From Deltaproteobacteria bacterium (GTDB taxonomy: Bacteria > Desulfobacterota_D > UBA1144 > Nemesobacterales > Nemesobacteraceae), in assembly GCA_029262295.1 (NCBI GenBank), contig JAJCZR010000050.1, forward strand, positions 8,411 through 72,410: a stretch of DNA of 64,000 nt, given 5' to 3'. A model generated the notes under the pieces. That model searched no databases and had not been told where the DNA came from. It worked only from the letters and a program-made list of their open reading frames with translations. Each line of letters starts with the position of its first letter. Within the stretch, counting starts at the first letter, position 1. Positions 19,398 through 28,121 of the stretch are shown in pieces. The position numbers and the translations under genes are program-made.

Positions 19398-20705
19398 ATG
19401 AATGGATATTTATCAAAAATCTTAATAATACCAATTATTTTCCTATTGGTTCTTTTTGCTTTTCAGTTCGACTCTTCTGCAAAAAAATATAATAAGTATA
19501 AAGCAGATAAATATAAGACTTATAATCAAGGTGATTCAGACTCCGATAGTGATTCTGACTCAGACTCTGATTCTGATAGCGACTCTGACAGTGATGGTGA
19601 CAGTAATACTAATTTACCTGTAGTCAGCACCTGTATTGATGAACTTGATAATGAAGGTATAAACTGGGCTACTGGTGTATTTGATTTTTTGCAAGGAACA
19701 AGACTAGATAGTACTCCTGTTTTGCTGGAAAGAAGTAACCCGGAAAATGCACTTGGTTTACCTGAAATGGTTATTGCACCACCTTTAGTTGGAAATGAGT
19801 TTTTTGGCCCTGGATATTTTCTTAACATTCCTGGAGATCAGGTGTTTGGTGGTTTTGTTGAACTTATATTTGGTGGAAGCATTGGAAGTTCTACAACACA
19901 AAGATTTTGCGATGTAGAAGGAATCGATATTGTGATTCAGGAAACAACCTTTTTTAGAGACATATTCCCAATTGAGACAGCACAAGTTGAAGCATGTATA
20001 GAAGCTGGAAATGATGCAACATGTGTTGTAATAGAAAACGTAACTAATGAACAGGGCGGCGATGGAAGAATTGGAATTGATATAAATGGTGCACTTGACG
20101 CATTCGGTGGCTGTGCGGAAAGTTTAATAGTTACTGATTTCACACAAAAAAGCCTTCATGTTGGTGAATCATGTGGATACGATATTGATGGTGTTGGTGT
20201 ATGCGGTTTGGATACAAATATTGAATGTGATGAGTGTGATGGAAAAGTTACAGAACTAACACTTAAATATCTTGGTTCAAACGAAGCTGAAATTGAAGTG
20301 ATTCAAAAGAAAGATGGTGATGTAGTCTTTAGTAATACTGTACAACCTGATGGAGAATTCACTTTTGCAGGAACATGGAAAAAAGGAACACTAGGCACAG
20401 AAATAAAGGTTTTTGTTGATGGATATTTGAATACAAAAATTCATACAAGCTGTTCCAGGCCAATAGGACCAGGGCTAATTAGTGGTGATTTTGAGATTGT
20501 GGAGGGATTCAGTCGAAATAATGACCTCCCACTTTGTCCTGCAGATTTTGAAGATGATGATAGCGACTCTGACTCAGACTCTGATGGAGATTCTGATTCC
20601 GATTCAGACAGTGATAGTGATGGAAACAATAATGACAGCAACCAGAATCAGGAAGATAGCGATTCTGATTCTGATAGTGACAGCGACAAAAAAGGTAAAA
20701 AATAA
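19398..20705 (+). CDS. Secreted Cys-rich protein with N- and C-terminal Ser-Asp repeat tracts
   Basis: GGAGG RBS; hydrophobic signal peptide ending SSA; (DS)n tracts; 11 Cys in core. Confidence 0.85.
   Translation: MNGYLSKILIIPIIFLLVLFAFQFDSSAKKYNKYKADKYKTYNQGDSDSDSDSDSDSDSDSDSDSDGDSNTNLPVVSTCIDELDNEGINWATGVFDFLQGTRLDSTPVLLERSNPENALGLPEMVIAPPLVGNEFFGPGYFLNIPGDQVFGGFVELIFGGSIGSSTTQRFCDVEGIDIVIQETTFFRDIFPIETAQVEACIEAGNDATCVVIENVTNEQGGDGRIGIDINGALDAFGGCAESLIVTDFTQKSLHVGESCGYDIDGVGVCGLDTNIECDECDGKVTELTLKYLGSNEAEIEVIQKKDGDVVFSNTVQPDGEFTFAGTWKKGTLGTEIKVFVDGYLNTKIHTSCSRPIGPGLISGDFEIVEGFSRNNDLPLCPADFEDDDSDSDSDSDGDSDSDSDSDSDGNNNDSNQNQEDSDSDSDSDSDKKGKK
19533..19604 (+). repeat. Coding Ser-Asp dipeptide repeat (N-terminal tract, 24 aa)
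   Basis: GAT/GAC alternating with TCN/AGY codons. Confidence 0.95.
20553..20687 (+). repeat. Coding Ser-Asp repeats (two C-terminal tracts)
   Basis: DDDSDSDSDSDGDSDSDSDSDSDG...EDSDSDSDSDSD. Confidence 0.95.
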
Positions 20706-20748
20706 AACCAAATAAACAATAGATTTATTTGTGTATGCTTGATAGTTT

Positions 20749-20781
20749 AGAGGCCTGGTTTTTTAGTCAGGTCTCTTTTTT
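20749..20781 (+). terminator. Intrinsic terminator
   Basis: AGAGGCCTGG...TCAGGTCTCT stem followed by T run, between convergent genes. Confidence 0.8.
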
Positions 20782-20791
20782 ATTATTAGAA

Positions 20792-22045
20792 CTAATTGAA
20801 AATTAAGTTTTCATAAAACTTTTTATATCTTCCAGACTGGATTTTTAAATCATATTTATCTATGGCAGATTTTCTTGCATTAATAGACATTTGAGCAAGT
20901 TTTTTTTCATTATTTAACAGCAGTCTCAAACTTTTTTTAAGATCTACTACGCTTCTTCCTTTTAATATCATTCCATTGAAATCATTTGTAATAATTTCAG
21001 GAATGCCGCCTACCTCAAAACTTACTACTGGTGTACCACAAGAAATTGATTCAATAACTGTATTTGGCAGATTGTCTTGGATTGAAGTGATTAAAAAGAG
21101 ATCCGCCGCGCTATACAAAATTGATAACAAAATATCATCAGTTATGAAACCGAGGTGCTTATAATTTTTGTTTTCAATATCTAATTTTCCACTTCCAAAA
21201 CTTGCTACAAATAAGTCATCATCATTAATATTTTTCAGTGCTTCTTTAGCAATGGAATAACCCTTTCTTTCAGTTTTTAAAGAATATGAACCGATTAAAA
21301 TTATCTTTTTATATATTGGTAATTCTAATATTCTTCTTGCTGTGACTTTGTCTCTTGGCTGAAAGCTATTAGTATCAATACTGTTTGGTATAACTGTGGA
21401 ATTACATCCTGAAAAGAGATAGCTATTATCTAATTTGCTTTTCAGCCATTTACTTGGACTCACAAAATTTAGTTTTTTATTTCGCATGTCGTTTAATGTC
21501 TTATTTTTTGAGACTATTGCGTTACGTGTGATATCATTTGCAATTTCAGAATTAAGCTGTGGACATTTTCCGCATCTAGTTTGGAACCTTTCACACCCAT
21601 TATCGTAGTGACAACCACCTGTAAAAGGATTCATATCATGAAGTGTCCATACTATTGGAATGTTTTTGGGGAAATTAAGGAAAAAAGAATTGAAATCAAG
21701 AAAACCTGATACCCAATGTAAATTCACTAAGTCGTAATTATCTACATAATTTACAAGCTCTTTGTATATTGAGTGATGCGTGGTGAATATTTCATAATTA
21801 CAAATGTCGTGATTTGAAATTTTCTTTAATTTGTGATCGACTTTAAGTTTTCTATAATTTTTTATTGCTCTACTATAAATACTATTACTAGTTTCATAGG
21901 GTATTATAAAATCATTATTAATGTTTTTATCTAAGACAAGTAGTTTAGAACTTATACCATTATCATTTAACGATTGATTGAGTCTGAAAGCTGCCTTAGC
22001 CGCCCCTCCTTTGTTATCCGAATAGTTTATTTGTAGTATTTTCAT
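20792..22045 (-). CDS. GT4 glycosyltransferase (WcaC-like)
   Basis: MKILQIN..D..GGAA, WTLHDM...TGGCHY, DNLPNTVIESISCGTPV; start moved to ATG 22045. Confidence 0.88.
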   Translation of the reverse strand: MKILQINYSDNKGGAAKAAFRLNQSLNDNGISSKLLVLDKNINNDFIIPYETSNSIYSRAIKNYRKLKVDHKLKKISNHDICNYEIFTTHHSIYKELVNYVDNYDLVNLHWVSGFLDFNSFFLNFPKNIPIVWTLHDMNPFTGGCHYDNGCERFQTRCGKCPQLNSEIANDITRNAIVSKNKTLNDMRNKKLNFVSPSKWLKSKLDNSYLFSGCNSTVIPNSIDTNSFQPRDKVTARRILELPIYKKIILIGSYSLKTERKGYSIAKEALKNINDDDLFVASFGSGKLDIENKNYKHLGFITDDILLSILYSAADLFLITSIQDNLPNTVIESISCGTPVVSFEVGGIPEIITNDFNGMILKGRSVVDLKKSLRLLLNNEKKLAQMSINARKSAIDKYDLKIQSGRYKKFYENLIFN

Positions 22046-23021
22046 TTCTAAAGGGATTAAATTGTGTTCTCCATAAATTAATTGCATTTGTATCCAATTT
22101 TATTTTAATTGGCGGGGAATTATTAATCCACTTTATTAATCCTGGAAAATCATTTCTTTTTATTGTAGGTAAATTTGTATCAAGAAATATCTCAGCTGCC
22201 CTATTGTCTACCTCAATAATTATAGACCTTTTCTTGGATAAAAGGCACTTTATTCCACCATGAAGCCTTGTACCAATATAATCAAAATCAATTCCGCTAT
22301 CTATAAAATCATTTAAGTCTTTTGTGGTGTTTTTTAAGATGGATATTTTACTTTTATCCTCAATCAATCCGGATAAGTAGGTGATATCATCGCTCCCCTG
22401 AGGCCAGAAAAAAACCTTATCATAGTTTTCCCTAACAATTTTCAATAGATTTTTATCCATCTCGGGATCTTTTGCATAATCAGTCAGCATAACCAATACA
22501 TTTTGTGCTTTTTCTTTTGGAAAACAATTGGCAGTATAATCTTTAAGCGGCCACATCGTCGGGCAACCTGTATTAATAACATTACTTATACCGGCAGAGT
22601 TAAGTTTGTTTTTTGCATAGCTGTCTCTAACTGAGTGATAAATTTTTTTTGACAGTAAAAAATTCAAAAAAAATCTGCTAAAAATGTTTGGATGCCCCTG
22701 ATAAGAATGCCAGCCTACACCAAGTAATATTACCCTTGGTAATCTGAGCATCTGTCTTGTGGATATTCTCCACTGTCTGTATTTATCAAGATTGGATGAA
22801 AGAAGATTAGTTCCTCCCACAAAAATGAATGAACACTCCTTTGATTTTTTAATTAATTCTTCTGTGGGAAAATCATGTGTTGATATTCTAAGAAATTCAT
22901 AATTTTTAAAGATATTTTGAATTTCCCTTTCCACCGCCTCTTGAATAAAAACATCTCCGAGATTGGAACTGAGAGCTCCTTCATTATTTGCAATACCAGT
23001 ATCAAACAAACAGATTTTCAT
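22014..23021 (-). CDS. Polysaccharide pyruvyltransferase family
   Basis: SNLGD, VGGTN, SVRD, TGCP, GTRLHGGI. Confidence 0.82.
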   Translation of the reverse strand: MKICLFDTGIANNEGALSSNLGDVFIQEAVEREIQNIFKNYEFLRISTHDFPTEELIKKSKECSFIFVGGTNLLSSNLDKYRQWRISTRQMLRLPRVILLGVGWHSYQGHPNIFSRFFLNFLLSKKIYHSVRDSYAKNKLNSAGISNVINTGCPTMWPLKDYTANCFPKEKAQNVLVMLTDYAKDPEMDKNLLKIVRENYDKVFFWPQGSDDITYLSGLIEDKSKISILKNTTKDLNDFIDSGIDFDYIGTRLHGGIKCLLSKKRSIIIEVDNRAAEIFLDTNLPTIKRNDFPGLIKWINNSPPIKIKLDTNAINLWRTQFNPFRNENTTNKLFG

Positions 23022-23051
23022 TATTTATATTTGGTGCCCCTACTCTATTTC

Positions 23052-23477
23052 TTATAACAAAAAGTTTAATATCTCTTTTTCCTTATCTCTCATTGTTTCT
23101 CTTTCTTTTTTCTTTTTATGATCATGACCTAAAAGATGAAGTATTCCATGGACAAGGAGTTTTTTTAGTTCTTGTTTGATTGTTATCTCATATTTTTTGC
23201 TGTGCCTGAGAGCTGTCTCATAAGATATAACTAAATCGCCAAGAACATTGTTGTTTGTTCCAAACTGTTGGGAAAATGAAAGTATATCTGTGGCCCTGTC
23301 TATATTTCGATAATCTTTGTTGAGCTTTCGTATTTGCACATCATTAACTACTGACAGGCTCAACTCTGTTTCATTTGGCAGATTTAAAAAACTTAATATT
23401 TTTTTTGAGTCTTGAACCATTTCTTTTTTTTGATGGTTATCCAAAAAATTCTCTTTATCTAAAATATCAATTTCCAT
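23052..23477 (-). CDS. ybeY: rRNA maturation endoribonuclease
   Basis: LNKDYR..D.ATDILSF, LGDLVIS, HGILHLLGHDH. Confidence 0.95.
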   Translation of the reverse strand: MEIDILDKENFLDNHQKKEMVQDSKKILSFLNLPNETELSLSVVNDVQIRKLNKDYRNIDRATDILSFSQQFGTNNNVLGDLVISYETALRHSKKYEITIKQELKKLLVHGILHLLGHDHKKKKERETMRDKEKEILNFLL

Positions 23478-23534
23478 AGCTAATTAATATATTTTAATTT
23501 TGTATGAATTTAAAACAGTGCTAAAATCATTGCC

Positions 23535-24872
23535 ATGAATGAATTCATAAAAAATACCAGAAATTTTTTCACTCAATCCTCCAGCTTTATTAACACAGTA
23601 TTTAAAAAGGCAATAAAGAATAGACATCTTCTGAATGTAGTCAATTTCTTTAGTTTTCTGTTTAAAGAGACAAACAAAAACGAACTTGCGATCAGGGCAA
23701 TGAGCATGGTGTATATCACCCTACTCTCTTTGGTGCCGCTTCTGGCACTTAGCTTCTCAATACTAAAGGCATTTGGTGTTGTCCAAAATAAATTTCAGCC
23801 ATTACTCATCAGGTTTCTGGACCCTCTTGGGGAGAAAGGGATCGAGATAAGCAACCAGATACTTGAGTTTATTGATAGGACCAACTTTGGTGTCTTGGGT
23901 TTTGTTGGGCTTTTGGTGCTGCTTTACACAGTATTTTCTCTTATAAATAAAATTGAGAGTTCACTTAATAAAATTTGGAAAGTAGGTAAAGGCAGAAGTA
24001 TAGCAAGAAGGTTTAGCGACTATATTAGCATTACTCTTATCGGACCTGTGATAATGTTTGCTGCGATTGGTTTAACAGCATCATTAGCGAGTAATACTAT
24101 TGTCCAGAAGCTTTTATCTTATGAGATCATTGGCAGTTTGATTATAATTTGGGGCAAACTGCTCCCTCTAATAATTGTTTCACTATTTTTTACGTTTATC
24201 TACAAACTTGTGCCAAATACAGAGGTGAAACTAAGATCTGCATTAATTGGAGGAATTATTGCCGGAATTTCATGGCAGTTTGCCGGGTGGATATTTGCAT
24301 ACGTTGTAAAGGAATCAACACAAAAGGTTGAAATCTACTCAAGCCTCGCAATTTTAATATTTTTTATGATGTGGCTCTACATCAACTGGTTAATAGTACT
24401 ATTAGGGGCACAAATAGCCTTTTGTTTTCAAAATTTGAGATCCTACAGACTTGGAAAACTAGCTTCAAATATTGGCACAGATTTAAAAGAGAAGCTTTCC
24501 CTGATAGTTATGTACCTGATCGGGAAGAACTATTTTTACGGACGTGAAAAATGGACAGTCAATAAACTTGTAGACCACTTGAGCATACCTCATGACACAG
24601 TATTGGATTGTATTGATAAGCTTGTTGAAAATAATCTTTTAACAGAGACTGATGTAGAGGAAAATGAATATTTACCAAATAAGTCACTAGAGACTATAAA
24701 GTTAAAAGAAATACTATATTCAGTAAGAAAAACAAAGAATAACAAAAGCTTACAAGATAACTTTAAAGTTATTTCTGAAGTTAACAGAGTGTCCGAAAAT
24801 ATTGAAAACGCTATAAGTGACACTCTGGAAAATAAAACTTTAAGAGATATTATAGACGAAAAATCTTTCTAA
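23535..24872 (+). CDS. YihY/BrkB-family membrane protein with C-terminal winged-helix extension
   Basis: Y.TLLSLVP.LA, IESSLNKIWKV, LVPNTEV, WLIVLLGAQI; soluble Rrf2-like tail. Confidence 0.85.
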   Translation: MNEFIKNTRNFFTQSSSFINTVFKKAIKNRHLLNVVNFFSFLFKETNKNELAIRAMSMVYITLLSLVPLLALSFSILKAFGVVQNKFQPLLIRFLDPLGEKGIEISNQILEFIDRTNFGVLGFVGLLVLLYTVFSLINKIESSLNKIWKVGKGRSIARRFSDYISITLIGPVIMFAAIGLTASLASNTIVQKLLSYEIIGSLIIIWGKLLPLIIVSLFFTFIYKLVPNTEVKLRSALIGGIIAGISWQFAGWIFAYVVKESTQKVEIYSSLAILIFFMMWLYINWLIVLLGAQIAFCFQNLRSYRLGKLASNIGTDLKEKLSLIVMYLIGKNYFYGREKWTVNKLVDHLSIPHDTVLDCIDKLVENNLLTETDVEENEYLPNKSLETIKLKEILYSVRKTKNNKSLQDNFKVISEVNRVSENIENAISDTLENKTLRDIIDEKSF

Positions 24873-25738
24873 AAAAGTGTAATTCCGCTGAAATAATAGT
24901 AGATCACTGTTATATAGTATGCACAGGGGAACACAAAAATCAGGCTATCAAATCTGTCGAGAATACCACCATGACCCGGGAGGATCGATCCTGAGTCCTT
25001 TACACCAGCCCCCCTTTTAATAGCTGATTCAAAAAGATCACCAAAAATGGCGGCTATTGATACAACAAGTCCGTAGAGTAATGCCCATTTATGAGGAATA
25101 GGACAGGAAAAAACCATATTTGTTAACACTGCGCCCACTAAAGAAAAAATAAAACCGCCAATAGTGCCTTCAACTGTTTTCCCGGGGCTAATATATGGTG
25201 CAAGCTTTATTCTTCCAATCTTGTTTCCAATACTAAATCCACCCGTATCATTCAAGAAAGTGCATGTAACAACTAAAGCGATAAAAAAGAATCCCGGATT
25301 CTCTAATCCCTGGGTTTCTGTTGAATATGCAACAATTGCTTCATTATTAGATATATTCCGAAGTAGTATTGCATGCGCAAGCATCCATCCAAAATAAAGT
25401 AGTGAAAAGAGGTTTAAACCAAGGTTAAGGAGGCAATTACTGAAATCTTTTGTATGAAATTCAAAGATAACAGAGATTATTATAAAAAGTGTGAGAAACA
25501 TCTTTAAGTAGATTGGGCTTTGAAATGCACCAAGAATCAGCAGTGTACAAATAGTAAGTATATAACCTCTTCTCAGCTTTGATATATGCATTTTTGCAAA
25601 ATCAAAAAACTCAATTGAAGAAAGAATTGATATTCCCAGAACAAGAAGAAGAAAATAAAAACCACCAAGATAAAATGTAATATACAGAAGCGGGATGGCA
25701 ACAAATGCCGTCATTAATCTTTTTTTAAGGTTTTTCAT
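24869..25738 (-). CDS. cdsA: Phosphatidate cytidylyltransferase
   Basis: ISPGKTVEG, GDLFESAIKR..GVKDSG.ILPGHGGILDRFDS; start moved to ATG 25738. Confidence 0.93.
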   Translation of the reverse strand: MKNLKKRLMTAFVAIPLLYITFYLGGFYFLLLVLGISILSSIEFFDFAKMHISKLRRGYILTICTLLILGAFQSPIYLKMFLTLFIIISVIFEFHTKDFSNCLLNLGLNLFSLLYFGWMLAHAILLRNISNNEAIVAYSTETQGLENPGFFFIALVVTCTFLNDTGGFSIGNKIGRIKLAPYISPGKTVEGTIGGFIFSLVGAVLTNMVFSCPIPHKWALLYGLVVSIAAIFGDLFESAIKRGAGVKDSGSILPGHGGILDRFDSLIFVFPCAYYITVIYYYFSGITLF

Positions 25739-25826
25739 GATAAAATAATTCCAATCAATATACATGGAAAGAACCACAAGGGACACTTAAATGCCTATTA
25801 ATTTATATAGTAATATTAATATTCCG

Positions 25827-26540
25827 ATGAAAATTGCCATATTTGCATCCGGAAGCGGAACAAATTTTGAAAAGATATATGAAAGGCAAAAACAACTTGA
25901 GAAACAAAGTGAAATTAATTTTGCAAACGTAAACCTTGTATTCTCAAATAACCCAGACGCTGAAGTTTTAAAGAAGGCTGAAAGTTACGGGATTAAAACC
26001 ATCTCACTCAGTTCAAAAAAGTTTTTTGAACTTCTTGGGGAATCTCCTAATAATGAAAGCCATAGAAAAACTTATGATGCCGCTGTTATTTCTTTAATTG
26101 AGCAATATTTGAAACCCGATCTGATAGTCCTTGCAGGATACAGAAGAAAGTTAAGTGAGCTTTTTATAAACAAATATAAAAACAAAATAATAAATCTTTA
26201 CCCTGGGGATATAACAAAGAACTACCTTGTGACTGGAAAACAGGCTTTTGTGCAAGCTGTAGAAAACAATGAAGATAGCTTAAGGTGTACGTGTTATATC
26301 GAGAATGAACCCACTAAAAGATTTGGAACAGCAATTGCGCAATCCAAGAAAATTTCTCTTAAAAATCATTCTAAGAACAAAACAGCCGATATTGGTAAGA
26401 AAATAAGGGAAGAAGGTGAATGGCAACTATTTCCGTTTGTCGTTCATGATTTAATTGCAAATGGGAGAGTAAAGATTGATGAAAAAAATATTGTATATGT
26501 AGACGGAAAGAAAATGAATGAAAAAGGATTTCTTTTATAA
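25827..26540 (+). CDS. PurN-like formyltransferase-fold protein with degenerate active site
   Basis: MKIAIFASGSGTNF, VFSNNPDA, PDLIVLAGY; has INLYP where PurN has N.HP. Confidence 0.75.
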   Translation: MKIAIFASGSGTNFEKIYERQKQLEKQSEINFANVNLVFSNNPDAEVLKKAESYGIKTISLSSKKFFELLGESPNNESHRKTYDAAVISLIEQYLKPDLIVLAGYRRKLSELFINKYKNKIINLYPGDITKNYLVTGKQAFVQAVENNEDSLRCTCYIENEPTKRFGTAIAQSKKISLKNHSKNKTADIGKKIREEGEWQLFPFVVHDLIANGRVKIDEKNIVYVDGKKMNEKGFLL

Positions 26541-27794
26541 ATGAAGTTCTTCATATTGTGGTCCATCTGGCCTTGATCTGCAGAGTGCATTGGCAAATGA
26601 AAGATCATTATCCGTCTTTCCATTTATTATCATGTCCACAAGAGCTTTAGAAGCCCCATAAGAGATCATAAGCCCCCTACCCGTGTGACCCACACATTCA
26701 AAAATATTGTTTAATCCCGGCACTTTCCCAATGTAGCCTGATCTGTCGGGAGTTTCCCCATAAATTCCTGCCCAGCCCCTTATGAATTTTAAATTTTCAA
26801 ATAAAGAGCTTCTTTTTACAAGCGGTTTCCAAACATATTTTATAAATGGGCTTTCTTCATCGTAGGAAAAAAAATCAAATTTAAAGTTAACCCCAAATGG
26901 CTCGTCCATATTTGAATAACCAACTAATATATTTTCACCTTCACTGTGAAAATATATGTCGGATGTGTCAATTATCATTCCGTAATTACTGAGATCAATT
27001 TCAGGGCAACTAATTAACTCAAGCTGTCTTCTTCTCGGTTTATTCTCGTCTTCATCAAACCCATATAGAGATGATAATTTAGAAGACCATGCACCTGTGC
27101 AGTTTATAAGAGTGTTAAAATCAAATTCATTTATTTTCGTATCAGCTTTTGATTCATCTTTTAAAATTTCCTTGATTTTCTCACTATCGTTATGCTTGAG
27201 AATATGAGAAAAATCTTTTGTTAAAACTTTCTTGCCAATTCCATTTGAAACTTCAACGGAAGTTACATATTGTCTGTCAAAAAAATTAACGCCATTCTCT
27301 TTTGCAACTTTTCTAAAATATTCTCTCAGTGAATAATGATCTATTAATCCTGCATTCTTTGATATTGAAAGTCCAAAAATTCCATCTGTATTATCAATAA
27401 AGGGAAGTATCTCTTTTATTTTATTTTTTGAGACAAGTTCAATATCAAGATCAAGGCTTTGATATAGTTTCATATTATTGTTCATCTCTTCCCATGTTTT
27501 TTCGTTGTGAATCCAGTAATAACCTTTTTGTTTAAAGCCTATTTCACTGGATATTTTTTCATAAAATTCTATTGAGTATTTACAGAGTTGGATATTGGAT
27601 GCATTTCTCCATGTGGCTCTAACTCCGCCTGCATTTTTTAGCGTTGATGAAAATTCACCTTCGAGATCCAGATCAAGAACTGCAATTGAAGGACTAATAT
27701 TCATTTCAACTAATCGTTTGGAAAGATGATATGCTACTGCAGAGCCAAGTATGCCTGCTCCAACTATCAGATATTCAAATTTTTGCTTTGCCAT
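26535..27794 (-). CDS. FAD-dependent oxidoreductase (DAO/sarcosine oxidase beta-like)
   Basis: IVGAGILG Rossmann motif, S..NAGGVR, INCTGAWS, WAGIYGETPD, GHTGRGLM. Confidence 0.88.
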   Translation of the reverse strand: MAKQKFEYLIVGAGILGSAVAYHLSKRLVEMNISPSIAVLDLDLEGEFSSTLKNAGGVRATWRNASNIQLCKYSIEFYEKISSEIGFKQKGYYWIHNEKTWEEMNNNMKLYQSLDLDIELVSKNKIKEILPFIDNTDGIFGLSISKNAGLIDHYSLREYFRKVAKENGVNFFDRQYVTSVEVSNGIGKKVLTKDFSHILKHNDSEKIKEILKDESKADTKINEFDFNTLINCTGAWSSKLSSLYGFDEDENKPRRRQLELISCPEIDLSNYGMIIDTSDIYFHSEGENILVGYSNMDEPFGVNFKFDFFSYDEESPFIKYVWKPLVKRSSLFENLKFIRGWAGIYGETPDRSGYIGKVPGLNNIFECVGHTGRGLMISYGASKALVDMIINGKTDNDLSFANALCRSRPDGPQYEELHL

Positions 27795-28034
27795 ATAGAT
27801 TAAATTTTAACTAATACAGCAAATTCATCTTATATATTTCTTAGGAAATGTTTTTGGACTAAAAATATTTTTTGTTAAATCAAATTTAGAGGATCATTAC
27901 TAATCAAAAAAACTGAGACAAATAATATCAATTAAGAGAAAAGTGTTGCTATTTTTTATTGTACAATTTTCCATAAGGCAAGAAAGTTGATCCAATCTAA
28001 AGTATAACAAAAACAGAAGTGTTAATAGTTAAAC

Positions 28035-28121
28035 TTACTTATTTTTCTTTGGTTTTTTATTTTGTTTTGATTTTTTCTGCTTATCTCTTTTTGTTTTATC
28101 TTTTAATCCTTTGTCTCCCAT
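28035..28121 (-). CDS. Small Lys-rich peptide, 28 aa (MGDKGLKDKTKRDKQKKSKQNKKPKKNK), absent from ORF track
   Basis: ATG overlaps GH15 stop (TAATG); AAGGAG 7 nt upstream. Confidence 0.6.
   Translation of the reverse strand: MGDKGLKDKTKRDKQKKSKQNKKPKKNK

Noticed and set aside
19277..19492. 71-aa ORF upstream of and overlapping the SD-repeat gene
   Set aside because: TTG start without RBS; coincides with the riboswitch and overlaps the real gene out of frame.
19533..20687. Periodic repeats as a CRISPR array or non-coding VNTR
   Set aside because: 6-nt periodicity with synonymous variation inside an ORF; no repeat-spacer structure and no cas genes.
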